From: Candidatus Aenigmatarchaeota archaeon
GTDB lineage: Archaea > Aenigmatarchaeota > Aenigmatarchaeia > Aenigmatarchaeales > JACQIB01
Direction: 5' to 3'
Assembly: GCA_016198755.1 (NCBI GenBank)
Contig: JACQIB010000002.1
Coordinates: 1 to 64,000 of the forward strand
Length of the DNA: 64,000 bases
Below, piece by piece: positions 1 through 8,195 of the stretch (within the stretch, counting starts at the first letter, position 1; the number at the start of each line of letters is the position of its first letter). The notes beneath the pieces are model-generated. The model worked only from the letters and a program-made list of their open reading frames with translations, was not told where the DNA came from and searched no databases. Position numbers and translations under genes: made by a program.

Positions 1-181
1 ATCTATTGTATTATAATATTTATAATATATATAGGATAAAATAGAAACTATATACAATAGTTTATATTATATTGTTAGAAATAGTTGTATAGAAAAGAAT
101 ATTATATAACATATTGGATGGGCAGGTTAGGATTTTGTTATTTTGGGGTAATAACATGTGCTTAGAATAGAATTGGTATTG

Positions 182-541
182 CTATTCGCCAAGGGATTTT
201 ATGGAAGAGTGGAAATCGTCGAGGGTTTTGCGCATATAGCCATGGAAGGTGTCCGGAGAGAGGAAATATATTGTTTTATACTTCTTTGTATCCTGAGATA
301 TATACTCGCGCTTCTCTTTTATCAATTGAACCTTCTTTAGTGGGTTTACAACAAAGTAAAATGTCCTTTTAGGCTTCTGGTACTGATTAAGGCTTATGCC
401 TAAGATAGAGCAGAGTTCCTGATACTCCATGGGTTTTTTAGCTAAAAGGTTTATTGTCTTCTCTGCCATTAGTCTTATGTGGGCATTCCTTGCACTCTTA
501 CCATATAGCCAAATAAGCATTTCTTTCATTTCAAACATCAA
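182..541 (-). CDS. Small basic hypothetical protein, probable winged-helix DNA-binding protein
   Basis: 119-aa ORF; helix-turn-helix-like segment (YQELCSILGISL...TFYFVVNPLKKVQLI) followed by a beta-wing-like segment. Confidence 0.55.
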   Translation of the reverse strand: MMFEMKEMLIWLYGKSARNAHIRLMAEKTINLLAKKPMEYQELCSILGISLNQYQKPKRTFYFVVNPLKKVQLIKEKREYISQDTKKYKTIYFLSPDTFHGYMRKTLDDFHSSIKSLGE

Positions 542-759
542 ACCACTGAGATTAATAATAACTGTCCCTAAATATAAACTTGAGCAAAAGCCTGTCCAGA
601 GATATGTATATGGGACGTATATCTCTCTGCATGGGCATTATTATACGGTAAATGGGTTCTTTTCTATATAGATATACACTACAAATGTCTTTCTATTATT
701 TTCATATAAAAATCAAAGGAGTGATAATTGTATTGAATTGGGCTGGCCCAAATGGAAAA

Positions 760-1101
760 TTACTCGAGCTTTTCGAAAGGATCTTTGAACTGGTCTGCAA
801 CGCGGTAGAATTTTTTTGTTATTCCTTCGAAATCATGCGCTATTTCTTCGCCATCATTAGTAAGTTTAACTATTTTTACCCTTCCTTTCTTCTCAAATTT
901 TACAAGACCCATTTTTCTAAAGATATCCAGAACTTTTACTGTGTGGGAATAGGTGCAATCAACGTGTTTTGATACCTGTGTGGCATATCTTATGTCTTCC
1001 TTGTTCAGAGCAACTAACATTTTTACTGGTTTGCTGTGTAAAAACACGCTTTCTATAAAGAATTTGTTTGAATTTTCCTGTTTCATATGCAACACCCACA
1101 T
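760..1101 (-). CDS. Winged-helix (MarR/ArsR-like) transcription regulator
   Basis: YATQVSKHVDCTYSHTVKVL...GLVKFEKKGRVKIVKLTNDG is a typical wHTH signature; true start may be a few codons inside. Confidence 0.8.
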   Translation of the reverse strand: MWVLHMKQENSNKFFIESVFLHSKPVKMLVALNKEDIRYATQVSKHVDCTYSHTVKVLDIFRKMGLVKFEKKGRVKIVKLTNDGEEIAHDFEGITKKFYRVADQFKDPFEKLE

Positions 1102-1351
1102 ATTTTTTAGGCTTAACTCCTACTTAAACCTAATACTACTTTTACAATATATATTATGCTGTAACTACTAGTACATAGTATTAGTATAGAATATAGTTTG
1201 CTGAAAATATTTTATATTGATTGTTATATAATAATTGTATTGTAAAATGGTTTATTTAACATATAGTATTTTGTATATACTTCAAACTCTCCCAAAATTT
1301 TTAATTTATATGGGAGATAGGAATTTATACTGGGAAAATCAAAGGTGAGGT

Positions 1352-1558
1352 ATGGAGTTTCCATTATCTGCAGCTGAAAAGCTTCTGAAGAGAACTGGGC
1401 TGAGAGTTAGTGATGAAGCTGTAACTGAATTTACTGGACTTTTAGAGGAGATTGCATCTGATTTGGCTGCTGAGGCTGATGCAAATGCAAAGTCACTTCG
1501 CAGGAGAACAATAAAGCCTGATGATATAGAGGCTGCAAAGAGGGCTTTGCTGGGTTAG
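1352..1558 (+). CDS. Archaeal histone (HMf-type), variant
   Basis: 68 aa; aligns by eye with HMfB (RVSDEA...RRTIKPDDI); GGTGAGG ribosome-binding site upstream. Confidence 0.88.
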   Translation: MEFPLSAAEKLLKRTGLRVSDEAVTEFTGLLEEIASDLAAEADANAKSLRRRTIKPDDIEAAKRALLG

Positions 1559-1595
1559 GGTTGAAAATTTAAGCTTTCGATACAGTAAGTTTTGC

Positions 1596-2576
1596 ATGGA
1601 AGATGTTCTACAGAAGATAGTTGCTGCCACTGGCCTTGCTATGGAAGAAGTGGAAAGAAGGGTAGCTGAAAAACAAAGGGAACTTTCAGGATTTGTAAGT
1701 AAAGAGGGTGCTGCGTATATTGTAGCAAAAGAAATGGGATTAGATCTTATTGGAACAGGAAAAAAGAGAACTGTGAAGATTTCTGAAATTGTCAATGGAA
1801 ACAACAATGTTGCTTTTGATGCAAGAGTTTTGAGGGTTTTTGAGGCAAGGGAATTTGAGAAAAATGGGAGGAAATTCAGGGTTGGAAACCTGCTTCTTGG
1901 AGATGAAACCGGAACAGTAAGGCTTTCACTCTGGGATGAACAGATTGGGCTTGGAAGCAAGATAGCTGTTGGGGATTGTATAGAAGTTTCAGGAGCTTAT
2001 TCGAAGGAAGGACCTGTAAGCATTGAAGTTAGGCTTGGGAGGAGAGGGAATATAAAAAGAGCTGAAAATGTAGAACTGCCTTCTGCTGAAAATATTCTAA
2101 AAAAGGAAGGAAGCAGCAGGGTTTCTATAGAGGAACTGAAAGAAGGGAAGGTTTGTGAAATAAGAGCTGCACTTATGCAGATTTTTGAAACTGAAAACAT
2201 TTTTGATGTTTGTCCTGAATGTGGAGGGAAGATAAAGTATGAGGGTGGGAAATATTTGTGTGTGAAACACTCTGCTGTTGTGCCTAGGAAGAGTATGGTT
2301 GTGAATGGTGTGGCTGATGACGGCAGTGGGAACATCAGACTTGTAATGTTTGGGGATGTTGGACTGCATTTGCTTGGGTTGACAATGGATCAGGTAATGG
2401 AACGTAGGGGAAAGGTTTTTGACGGGCTGGATTTGATTGGAACAGAATTTGTATTTTCAGGTAGGGTAAGGAAGAATCAGATGTTTGACAGGTTGGAATT
2501 TGTTGTTTCTGGAATTGCAAAATTGGAAATGGAAAAGGAAATTTCCACTCTTATAAATGCTTTATCTGCGAAGTGA
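1596..2576 (+). CDS. rpa: Replication protein A (OB-folds plus Zn finger)
   Basis: OB-fold motifs GDETGTVRLSLW and DDGSGNIRLVMFG; CPEC...CVKH Zn site; upstream of radA. Confidence 0.88.
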   Translation: MEDVLQKIVAATGLAMEEVERRVAEKQRELSGFVSKEGAAYIVAKEMGLDLIGTGKKRTVKISEIVNGNNNVAFDARVLRVFEAREFEKNGRKFRVGNLLLGDETGTVRLSLWDEQIGLGSKIAVGDCIEVSGAYSKEGPVSIEVRLGRRGNIKRAENVELPSAENILKKEGSSRVSIEELKEGKVCEIRAALMQIFETENIFDVCPECGGKIKYEGGKYLCVKHSAVVPRKSMVVNGVADDGSGNIRLVMFGDVGLHLLGLTMDQVMERRGKVFDGLDLIGTEFVFSGRVRKNQMFDRLEFVVSGIAKLEMEKEISTLINALSAK

Positions 2577-2581
2577 GAAAT

Positions 2582-3532
2582 ATGGCAAAGAAAGAAATAG
2601 CTGATTTGACAGGAGTTGGGGAAAAGACTGCTGAAAAACTGAAAGAAGCAGGGTATATAGACATGATGGCTATTGCAGCTGCTTCTCCAGCTGAGCTTGC
2701 GGAAGCTGCTGCACTTGGGGAAGCTACTGCTGCGAAAATAATAGAAGGTGCAAGGGAAGAACTGGAAATAGGATTTGAAACTGCTGCGAAAGTTCTGGAA
2801 AAAAGGCAGAGTGTAATTAGAATAACAACTGGATGCAAGAGTCTTGATACATTGTTGGGAGGGGGGATAGAAACAGGCTCTACAACGGAATTTCATGGGG
2901 CTTTTGGATCCGGTAAAAGCCAGGTTGCACACCAACTTTCAGTTACTGTTCAGCTGCCTGTAGAAAGCGGCGGGGCTGGAGGAGCATGCCTGTATATTGA
3001 TACTGAAGGTACTTTCAGGCCTGAAAGGATTTTACAGATGGCAAAAGCTCTTAATATGGATGGGGATGAAGTTTTGAAAAATATACATGTAGGAAGAGTT
3101 TACAATTCAGATCATCAGTGTGTTATGATTGAAAAAGCTGGGGAGATAATAAGGGAAAAGAATATAAAATTGGTGATTGTGGATTCTGTTACAGCTTGTT
3201 TTAGGTCTGATTTTAGCGGGAGAGGAGAGTTAGCTGCACGCCAGCAGAAACTAAACAGGCATTTGCATACTTTGCAAAGGTTGGCTGATGTTTTTGGAGT
3301 TGCTGTGTATATAACAAACCAAGTAATGGCACGCCCTGATCTCATGTTTGGAGATCCAACTACAGCTATAGGTGGGCATATAATGGGACATTTTGCTGCT
3401 GTTAGAGCTTACTTAAGGAAGAGTAAGGGAGAATTGAGGGTTGCAAGAATTGTTGATAGTCCGAGTCTACCTGAGGGAGAAGCTGTTTTCAGAGTTTGTA
3501 CAGAAGGAGTAAGGGATACTGAAGAGGACTAA
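2582..3532 (+). CDS. radA: DNA repair and recombination protein RadA
   Basis: N-terminal HhH (LTGVGEKTAEKL), Walker A GAFGSGKS, YIDTEGTFRPER, GRGELAARQQ. Confidence 0.97.
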   Translation: MAKKEIADLTGVGEKTAEKLKEAGYIDMMAIAAASPAELAEAAALGEATAAKIIEGAREELEIGFETAAKVLEKRQSVIRITTGCKSLDTLLGGGIETGSTTEFHGAFGSGKSQVAHQLSVTVQLPVESGGAGGACLYIDTEGTFRPERILQMAKALNMDGDEVLKNIHVGRVYNSDHQCVMIEKAGEIIREKNIKLVIVDSVTACFRSDFSGRGELAARQQKLNRHLHTLQRLADVFGVAVYITNQVMARPDLMFGDPTTAIGGHIMGHFAAVRAYLRKSKGELRVARIVDSPSLPEGEAVFRVCTEGVRDTEED

Positions 3533-3580
3533 AATAGTAGTATGTCTATCTGGAAGGTATTTTGAAAGAGTTGTGACCTG

Positions 3581-3841
3581 TTAAGACACATCTTTCTCTG
3601 AGATTATAACAAAGTCTCCTACATTCTTTACAGCTGAAAATGGAACAAGATAATTCCCTGCATCATTTTCCTGTAAACCAAGCTCGCCAGCATTCTTTGT
3701 TGGCTCTGCTATTATAATGTTCATTAATTCTCCTGACTCTGCTATGAAGCTGACGTCACCTACAACTCCAAATCTTCTTCCTTCCTCGGAAACAACTACT
3801 TTTCCGAGCATCTCTCTTGTTGCTACTTTGTCTAATGCCAT
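3581..3841 (-). CDS. PRC-barrel domain protein (CdpB-like, possible cell-division role)
   Basis: GKVVVSEEGRRFGVVGDV...VPFSAVKNVGDFVII is the PRC-barrel pattern; GAGGTGG ribosome-binding site. Confidence 0.85.
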   Translation of the reverse strand: MALDKVATREMLGKVVVSEEGRRFGVVGDVSFIAESGELMNIIIAEPTKNAGELGLQENDAGNYLVPFSAVKNVGDFVIISEKDVS

Positions 3842-3919
3842 AAAACCACCTCAATTTATAGGAAAAGTAATGGTGGAGTAGATATTTATAGCTAATCCAT
3901 ATGCAAAGCTATTTATTAA

Positions 3920-4702
3920 TTGTATGATCCAATACGAGTTAGGGAGATAAATTTGCTTTATAATGATAACTATTTCGAAGAAAACTATGACCAAAGATTG
4001 GTTGATTTGTGGCACAAGGATTTTGGCAAGACACTTCCGATTTATATACACGATATATTTGCATTGGGAACGCCACGTAGAGGCGAAAAAGTACTAGATA
4101 TAGCTACAGGGTATGGACATTTAGCTCTTCATTCGGCGTTAGCAGGCGCACAAACTGTTGCTATAGATTATTCAGATACTAGCTTAAGGTTGGCAAGGCA
4201 GACATTTGAAAAAAACATGGTAGATATAAAACTTATTAAAATGGATGCAACGAAATTGGATTTTGATGATGAAACTTTCGATCTTATATATTGCGTTCAT
4301 TTGATAGAACATATATCACAACAATCTGTAACGGAATGTTTGGCTGAAATAAAACGTGTTTTGAAGCCTAACGGTAGGTTAGTTATAACTACCTGTAGCA
4401 ATAAGTGGCATGATACTATAGGATATAAATTTATTTGCCTATACAATAAAATTAATAATCGGACTATAATACCATTGGATAATATCCATTCTTCGGGTCA
4501 TATTACAAAACTTAACCCATTTACATTTAAACATATATTAAAACAGGCAGGATTTTTAACCACCTTGAAAATAGTATTTAATCCTTATGAGAGATTAAAT
4601 ACTATTCATAAAATAATTTTGGCTACTCCTCTCAAAAATATATTTTGTTCAAATGTATATGCTCTATGTACAAAACCTCGTGGCTCCGAGTTTCGACATT
4701 AA
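3920..4702 (+). CDS. Class I SAM-dependent methyltransferase
   Basis: VLDIATGYG motif I; FDDETFDLI...IEHI...RVLKPNGRL. Confidence 0.85.
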   Translation: MYDPIRVREINLLYNDNYFEENYDQRLVDLWHKDFGKTLPIYIHDIFALGTPRRGEKVLDIATGYGHLALHSALAGAQTVAIDYSDTSLRLARQTFEKNMVDIKLIKMDATKLDFDDETFDLIYCVHLIEHISQQSVTECLAEIKRVLKPNGRLVITTCSNKWHDTIGYKFICLYNKINNRTIIPLDNIHSSGHITKLNPFTFKHILKQAGFLTTLKIVFNPYERLNTIHKIILATPLKNIFCSNVYALCTKPRGSEFRH

Positions 4703-4715
4703 AATTGTCTTATGT

Positions 4716-5366
4716 TTATTTGTGTTTCTCCAACAGATAATACATTTCGCGAGCAAATAAACTAGGTATATTTTGTGCTAGATATTCCAATAGCGGTATT
4801 TTCTTCGTTGGTACAATTCTTTGATAATAGATTTTAACAAGTTTAAAATCTTTAAAGTTAGTTTCGATAAATTCTCTGGCAACTTCTATGTTGAACATAT
4901 AGTGGTGGCCACCTCTATTGTATCCCATTGTAGAATTGCCGAAAAGTAATCTTAATCTCTGAATTATATCTAGTTCATTCGGCAATCCGACTAAAATTAG
5001 GCCTTTTGTTATTCTTTTTGCTTCTTCTATTACTTTCTCTGGATAAAATAAATGCTCCAGTATTTGTGACATTATGACCAGACTAAACGAATTGTTTTCG
5101 AATGGTAACATATCAAAATCGTTCAAATCAATTTTAATATCATTTGTGTGTTTGTATGGATTTTTCATATTCTCTGGTTTTATGCGCTCCTTTATACCGT
5201 ACTTATCTATGTATATGCCCCCGAAATCCATATTTATATAGGTTTTACAATTCAACAATTTTTTGAATTCGCTCTCTCCACCTCCTATATCCAAAGCGCT
5301 TTCTATTTGTCTGTCTTTGAGCAGGTTATCAAATACAGCTCTTAAAACTATGTCTCTCCATATCAT
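4716..5366 (-). CDS. Class I SAM-dependent methyltransferase (Methyltransf_11-like)
   Basis: ALDIGGG; LPFENNSFSLVIMSQILEHL. Confidence 0.85.
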   Translation of the reverse strand: MIWRDIVLRAVFDNLLKDRQIESALDIGGGESEFKKLLNCKTYINMDFGGIYIDKYGIKERIKPENMKNPYKHTNDIKIDLNDFDMLPFENNSFSLVIMSQILEHLFYPEKVIEEAKRITKGLILVGLPNELDIIQRLRLLFGNSTMGYNRGGHHYMFNIEVAREFIETNFKDFKLVKIYYQRIVPTKKIPLLEYLAQNIPSLFAREMYYLLEKHK

Positions 5367-5442
5367 ATTATTTGATGTGATTCGGATCTTTAAATAACTG
5401 GCTATGCCTAACTTCTGATATCAATTGAATGGTATAATCTTA

Positions 5443-6531
5443 CTAGTTCTGCACAAGCATGGTCCTGACTTTTGGTGTTAGAGCATACATAAAGGCCTTT
5501 CCGCGTGCTTCTCTCTGCACATACCCTTCTCTCATCAAACGCAGAAGAATATTGTTTAAAGAGCGCACAGCATGCTGTTTGCTTGCATATCCTTCCAAAT
5601 CAATGCCATCAACGATTGCAGTCGGAGTTAGCCAATCCTGTTTTGTAAGGGACTCTAGAATCTGGCGCTGTCTATAAGGAAGGTTCTTTATATCAGATTC
5701 TGATGGGGGTTTAGGTGAGAAAACAACTACTGGCTGGTCTAATTTTTCCTCGACTTCCGGAACTTCTCTGTATTCATCTATGTTTTTAGCTTCTATAATA
5801 TCATAGTTTTTCTCTACAGCATCATAAACTAACTTGTCACAAAACTTCATTACCTCGCGTGGGAAGCCTCCTGTACGCTGGTAAATAATATCTACTGCAG
5901 AATCTGTAAAGGGCTTTATGCCGGTTCCGCCCGCGGCTTCTATTCTTTTTTGTATAAGCTTTCTTGTATCTTCTTTTGATAAGGATGTTAATGTTATTCT
6001 GGAAGTTACCCTCTGATCAAGTGTTTGCAGCTCATCTCTCACTTTTTGCTCAAGACTTGGAAGGCCGGCAAGAATTAAGCTAACAGAATCTATCTGGTCT
6101 ACCAGAACGCGCAGCCACTCAAGCACATCCCTGTTTGTTTCATGTGCTTCATCCAGCAAAAACAATAATTGATTTCCTTTAAGGTTCTTGTTTATGTATA
6201 ATTGCAAATTGTAAAGATTTGGGGAGCGTTTCATTATTCTGTCCCATAAACCTATACCAAAAGTATCTGTAAAGATTGTTACAAGCTCCTCTGGGTTTGT
6301 TGGAGGCTTGCTGACATAGAGTTTGCTTATATTTTCAGAAGTGTTTGCTTCAAGCCACTTAAGCATTGTTGTCTTTCCAGAGCCTGTTGGACCTACTATA
6401 ATAGCTATTTTGTGCTTGCTTTCAATATGGTTTAGGGCTGCCTTTACCTGTTCTTCATAGCCTGTGAAAAGCTTTGGATCTATACGTAGAACGAATGGAT
6501 CTTCATTCCAGCCAAATTTTTGATAGTTCAT
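5443..6531 (-). CDS. ExeA/GspA-like AAA+ ATPase with C-terminal winged helix
   Basis: N-terminal FGWNEDPF, Walker A GPTGSGKT, Walker B LLDEAH, TGGFPRE; C-terminal wHTH LLRLMREGYVQREARGKAFMYALT. Confidence 0.85.
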   Translation of the reverse strand: MNYQKFGWNEDPFVLRIDPKLFTGYEEQVKAALNHIESKHKIAIIVGPTGSGKTTMLKWLEANTSENISKLYVSKPPTNPEELVTIFTDTFGIGLWDRIMKRSPNLYNLQLYINKNLKGNQLLFLLDEAHETNRDVLEWLRVLVDQIDSVSLILAGLPSLEQKVRDELQTLDQRVTSRITLTSLSKEDTRKLIQKRIEAAGGTGIKPFTDSAVDIIYQRTGGFPREVMKFCDKLVYDAVEKNYDIIEAKNIDEYREVPEVEEKLDQPVVVFSPKPPSESDIKNLPYRQRQILESLTKQDWLTPTAIVDGIDLEGYASKQHAVRSLNNILLRLMREGYVQREARGKAFMYALTPKVRTMLVQN

Positions 6532-6555
6532 TTCATCACTTTTGCTTGAAAATCG

Positions 6556-6934
6556 TTCATATGAAGGTTTTGTGAAGATAGTGTGAAGTTCACGTGAAGA
6601 TTTTGTTTGTAAATTATAGTTTCCATAGGAAATGGCCCCTTATTCTATATGAATAGCAACAATTTAAAGGTTTTGGAATGCCTTAATTGAGCATTATTAA
6701 TTTAGTATATATAAAGGCATCTATTTTTGTTTGAATTTTAACTTTTGTGAGAATTGTGGGAGTGAAGGTTGTGAATGTGGTGTGAAGTTCATCAAATCTT
6801 CACATAATCTTCACACCTTCACGTCATCTTCACGCGTGAAGATATGAACTTCACGTGAAGGTTTTATATATTGTTAATATATGTGAGCCTAAAAGTGCTA
6901 TATTCACGTGAATGTCACGTGAAGTTCACGTGAA
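6556..6934. repeat. Array of TTCAC/GTGAA boxes and TTCACGTGAA palindromes, many in 11-bp phase
   Basis: RTGAAG at 6561/6572/6583/6594; TCACGTGA at 6590, 6851, 6904, 6915, 6926; 18-bp perfect palindrome ATCTTCACGCGTGAAGAT at 6826-6843. Confidence 0.9.
6619..6635. promoter_or_regulatory. Mini-ORB-like Orc1/Cdc6 binding site candidate
   Basis: GTTTCCATAGGAAATGG resembles the TTCCAnnGGAAA ORB core, without a G-string. Confidence 0.45.
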
Positions 6935-6990
6935 CATACATTGGCTATCTAGGCGGATTTCTATCCGGTATAGAACACTCACGGATTAAA

Positions 6991-7007
6991 ATATAACAGT
7001 GTTATAT
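6991..7007. promoter_or_regulatory. Palindromic operator ATATAACAGTGTTATAT
   Basis: 17-bp palindrome with one central base; the same 15-mer (reverse complement) occurs twice in oriC at 17542 and 17641. Confidence 0.7.
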
Positions 7008-7041
7008 CAGATTTTAATACTTGGACAACAAATATGCTCTC

Positions 7042-7599
7042 ATGCGCCTCTTTATTGGAATTGCCTTGCCAGAAGAACTCAAACCGAAGGCTTTGGAGGT
7101 TCAGAAAGCACTCGGAAGCACTGGAGAAAAAATAAAGCTGGTTGAACCAGAAAATTTACATATAACAGTAAAGTTTTTAGGAGAGGTTGAAAAAGAGCGT
7201 TTAGACGGTATAAAGACTGTTTTAAGTTCTATATTGAAAAAAAGAAGTGTTTTTAGCCTTAAAATACATGGAATATCATATCTTCCCAATAAAAAGTTCC
7301 TTCGTACTGTGGCACTATCTGTACTTGATGAAAACAACATTTTAAAACAAATAGTGGATGATATAAACTCTTATTTGGCTAAAATAGGTATAAAAGATGA
7401 TGTAAGAGATTATAAAGCTCATTTAACACTTGCAAGAGTTAAAGGCACAAAAGATAGAATAAATATATTGCTATCTTTAATGTCATTTGAAGATATTGAT
7501 ATCGGGGAGGTTGAAGTTACTACCTTTGATCTTATGGAATCGATGTTAACAGAATCTGGACCTATATACAATAAAATAGCATCTTTTACTATAAAATAG
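7042..7599 (+). CDS. thpR: RNA 2',3'-cyclic phosphodiesterase / 2'-5' RNA ligase (2H family)
   Basis: MRLFIGI N-terminus; two HxT motifs (NLHITVKFLG, AHLTLAR). Confidence 0.92.
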   Translation: MRLFIGIALPEELKPKALEVQKALGSTGEKIKLVEPENLHITVKFLGEVEKERLDGIKTVLSSILKKRSVFSLKIHGISYLPNKKFLRTVALSVLDENNILKQIVDDINSYLAKIGIKDDVRDYKAHLTLARVKGTKDRINILLSLMSFEDIDIGEVEVTTFDLMESMLTESGPIYNKIASFTIK

Positions 7600-7826
7600 G
7601 TTATTTTTCTAAATAAAAGAACAAAAATACTCTATTTTGCATTATTAGTCCTAGAATCTATATAAAAGCATAATATTCATTGTTTCACTCATAAATAAAA
7701 GTATACTTTGAGAATAGACGAATTTAATATAATATAAGCTATTTTTAGAGCTATTTTTATATATAGTAAAGTTTTATTGCTTTAAAGCTTAAAATAACTT
7801 GTTTTAATATGTTTTTATAACTATAT

Positions 7827-8123
7827 CTACTTATTATTCTTTATAGATTTTTTAATACTATATAAGGAAAGGATTTTTTCAATAGTAACGTTCTTTTTGT
7901 CATCGGGGAGCTTAATGATCTTTGCTCTTAATCCAAACTGGTTTATAGTCCTTATTTCAACAAAATAGGACATATACGTCTTTATTATTGTAGAAACGCG
8001 CTCTGGATGTAGGTTTAGGGCTCTGGCAATACCTCTTATATGTATGCCAGTGTCTCCTGCTTCTTTTAAAACTTCAAGTATCTTATAAATATTTCTCTTG
8101 GTTTGTGGCTGAATTGGCTTCAT
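7827..8123 (-). CDS. Small basic winged-helix/HTH protein
   Basis: GIHIRGIARALNLHPERVSTII HTH; GGAGG site before ATG at 8123. Confidence 0.7.
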   Translation of the reverse strand: MKPIQPQTKRNIYKILEVLKEAGDTGIHIRGIARALNLHPERVSTIIKTYMSYFVEIRTINQFGLRAKIIKLPDDKKNVTIEKILSLYSIKKSIKNNK

Positions 8124-8195
8124 ATTAAACCTCCTTCTGAAACTACTGAAATATATAACATAATAAAACACTTGTCATATTATGTTTGGCAAACT

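Noticed and set aside
598-751. Short inverted repeats (AGAGATAT/ATATCTCT; TTGGGCTGGCCCAA)
   Set aside because: Single short hairpins with no recurrence; insufficient support for a function
1254-1281. dif-like site (ATTTAACATAT resembles a XerD arm)
   Set aside because: Other arm does not match; expected by chance in AT-rich DNA
5443-6531. TnsC/TniB of a transposon or type II secretion ExeA
   Set aside because: No transposase, terminal repeats or secretion genes nearby
6556-6934. Possible CRISPR array
   Set aside because: Units are 5-11 bp with no 25-45 bp repeats or unique spacers; no cas genes
6903-6934. Calling it a bona fide bacterial parS
   Set aside because: Only the 10-bp core matches, the full 16-bp site is absent and no ParB is in the window; kept only as an analogy
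6986-7012. TATAACAGTGTTATA as an archaeal Xer dif site
   Set aside because: TATAA/TTATA arms are 5 bp apart rather than 6, and the motif recurs inside oriC
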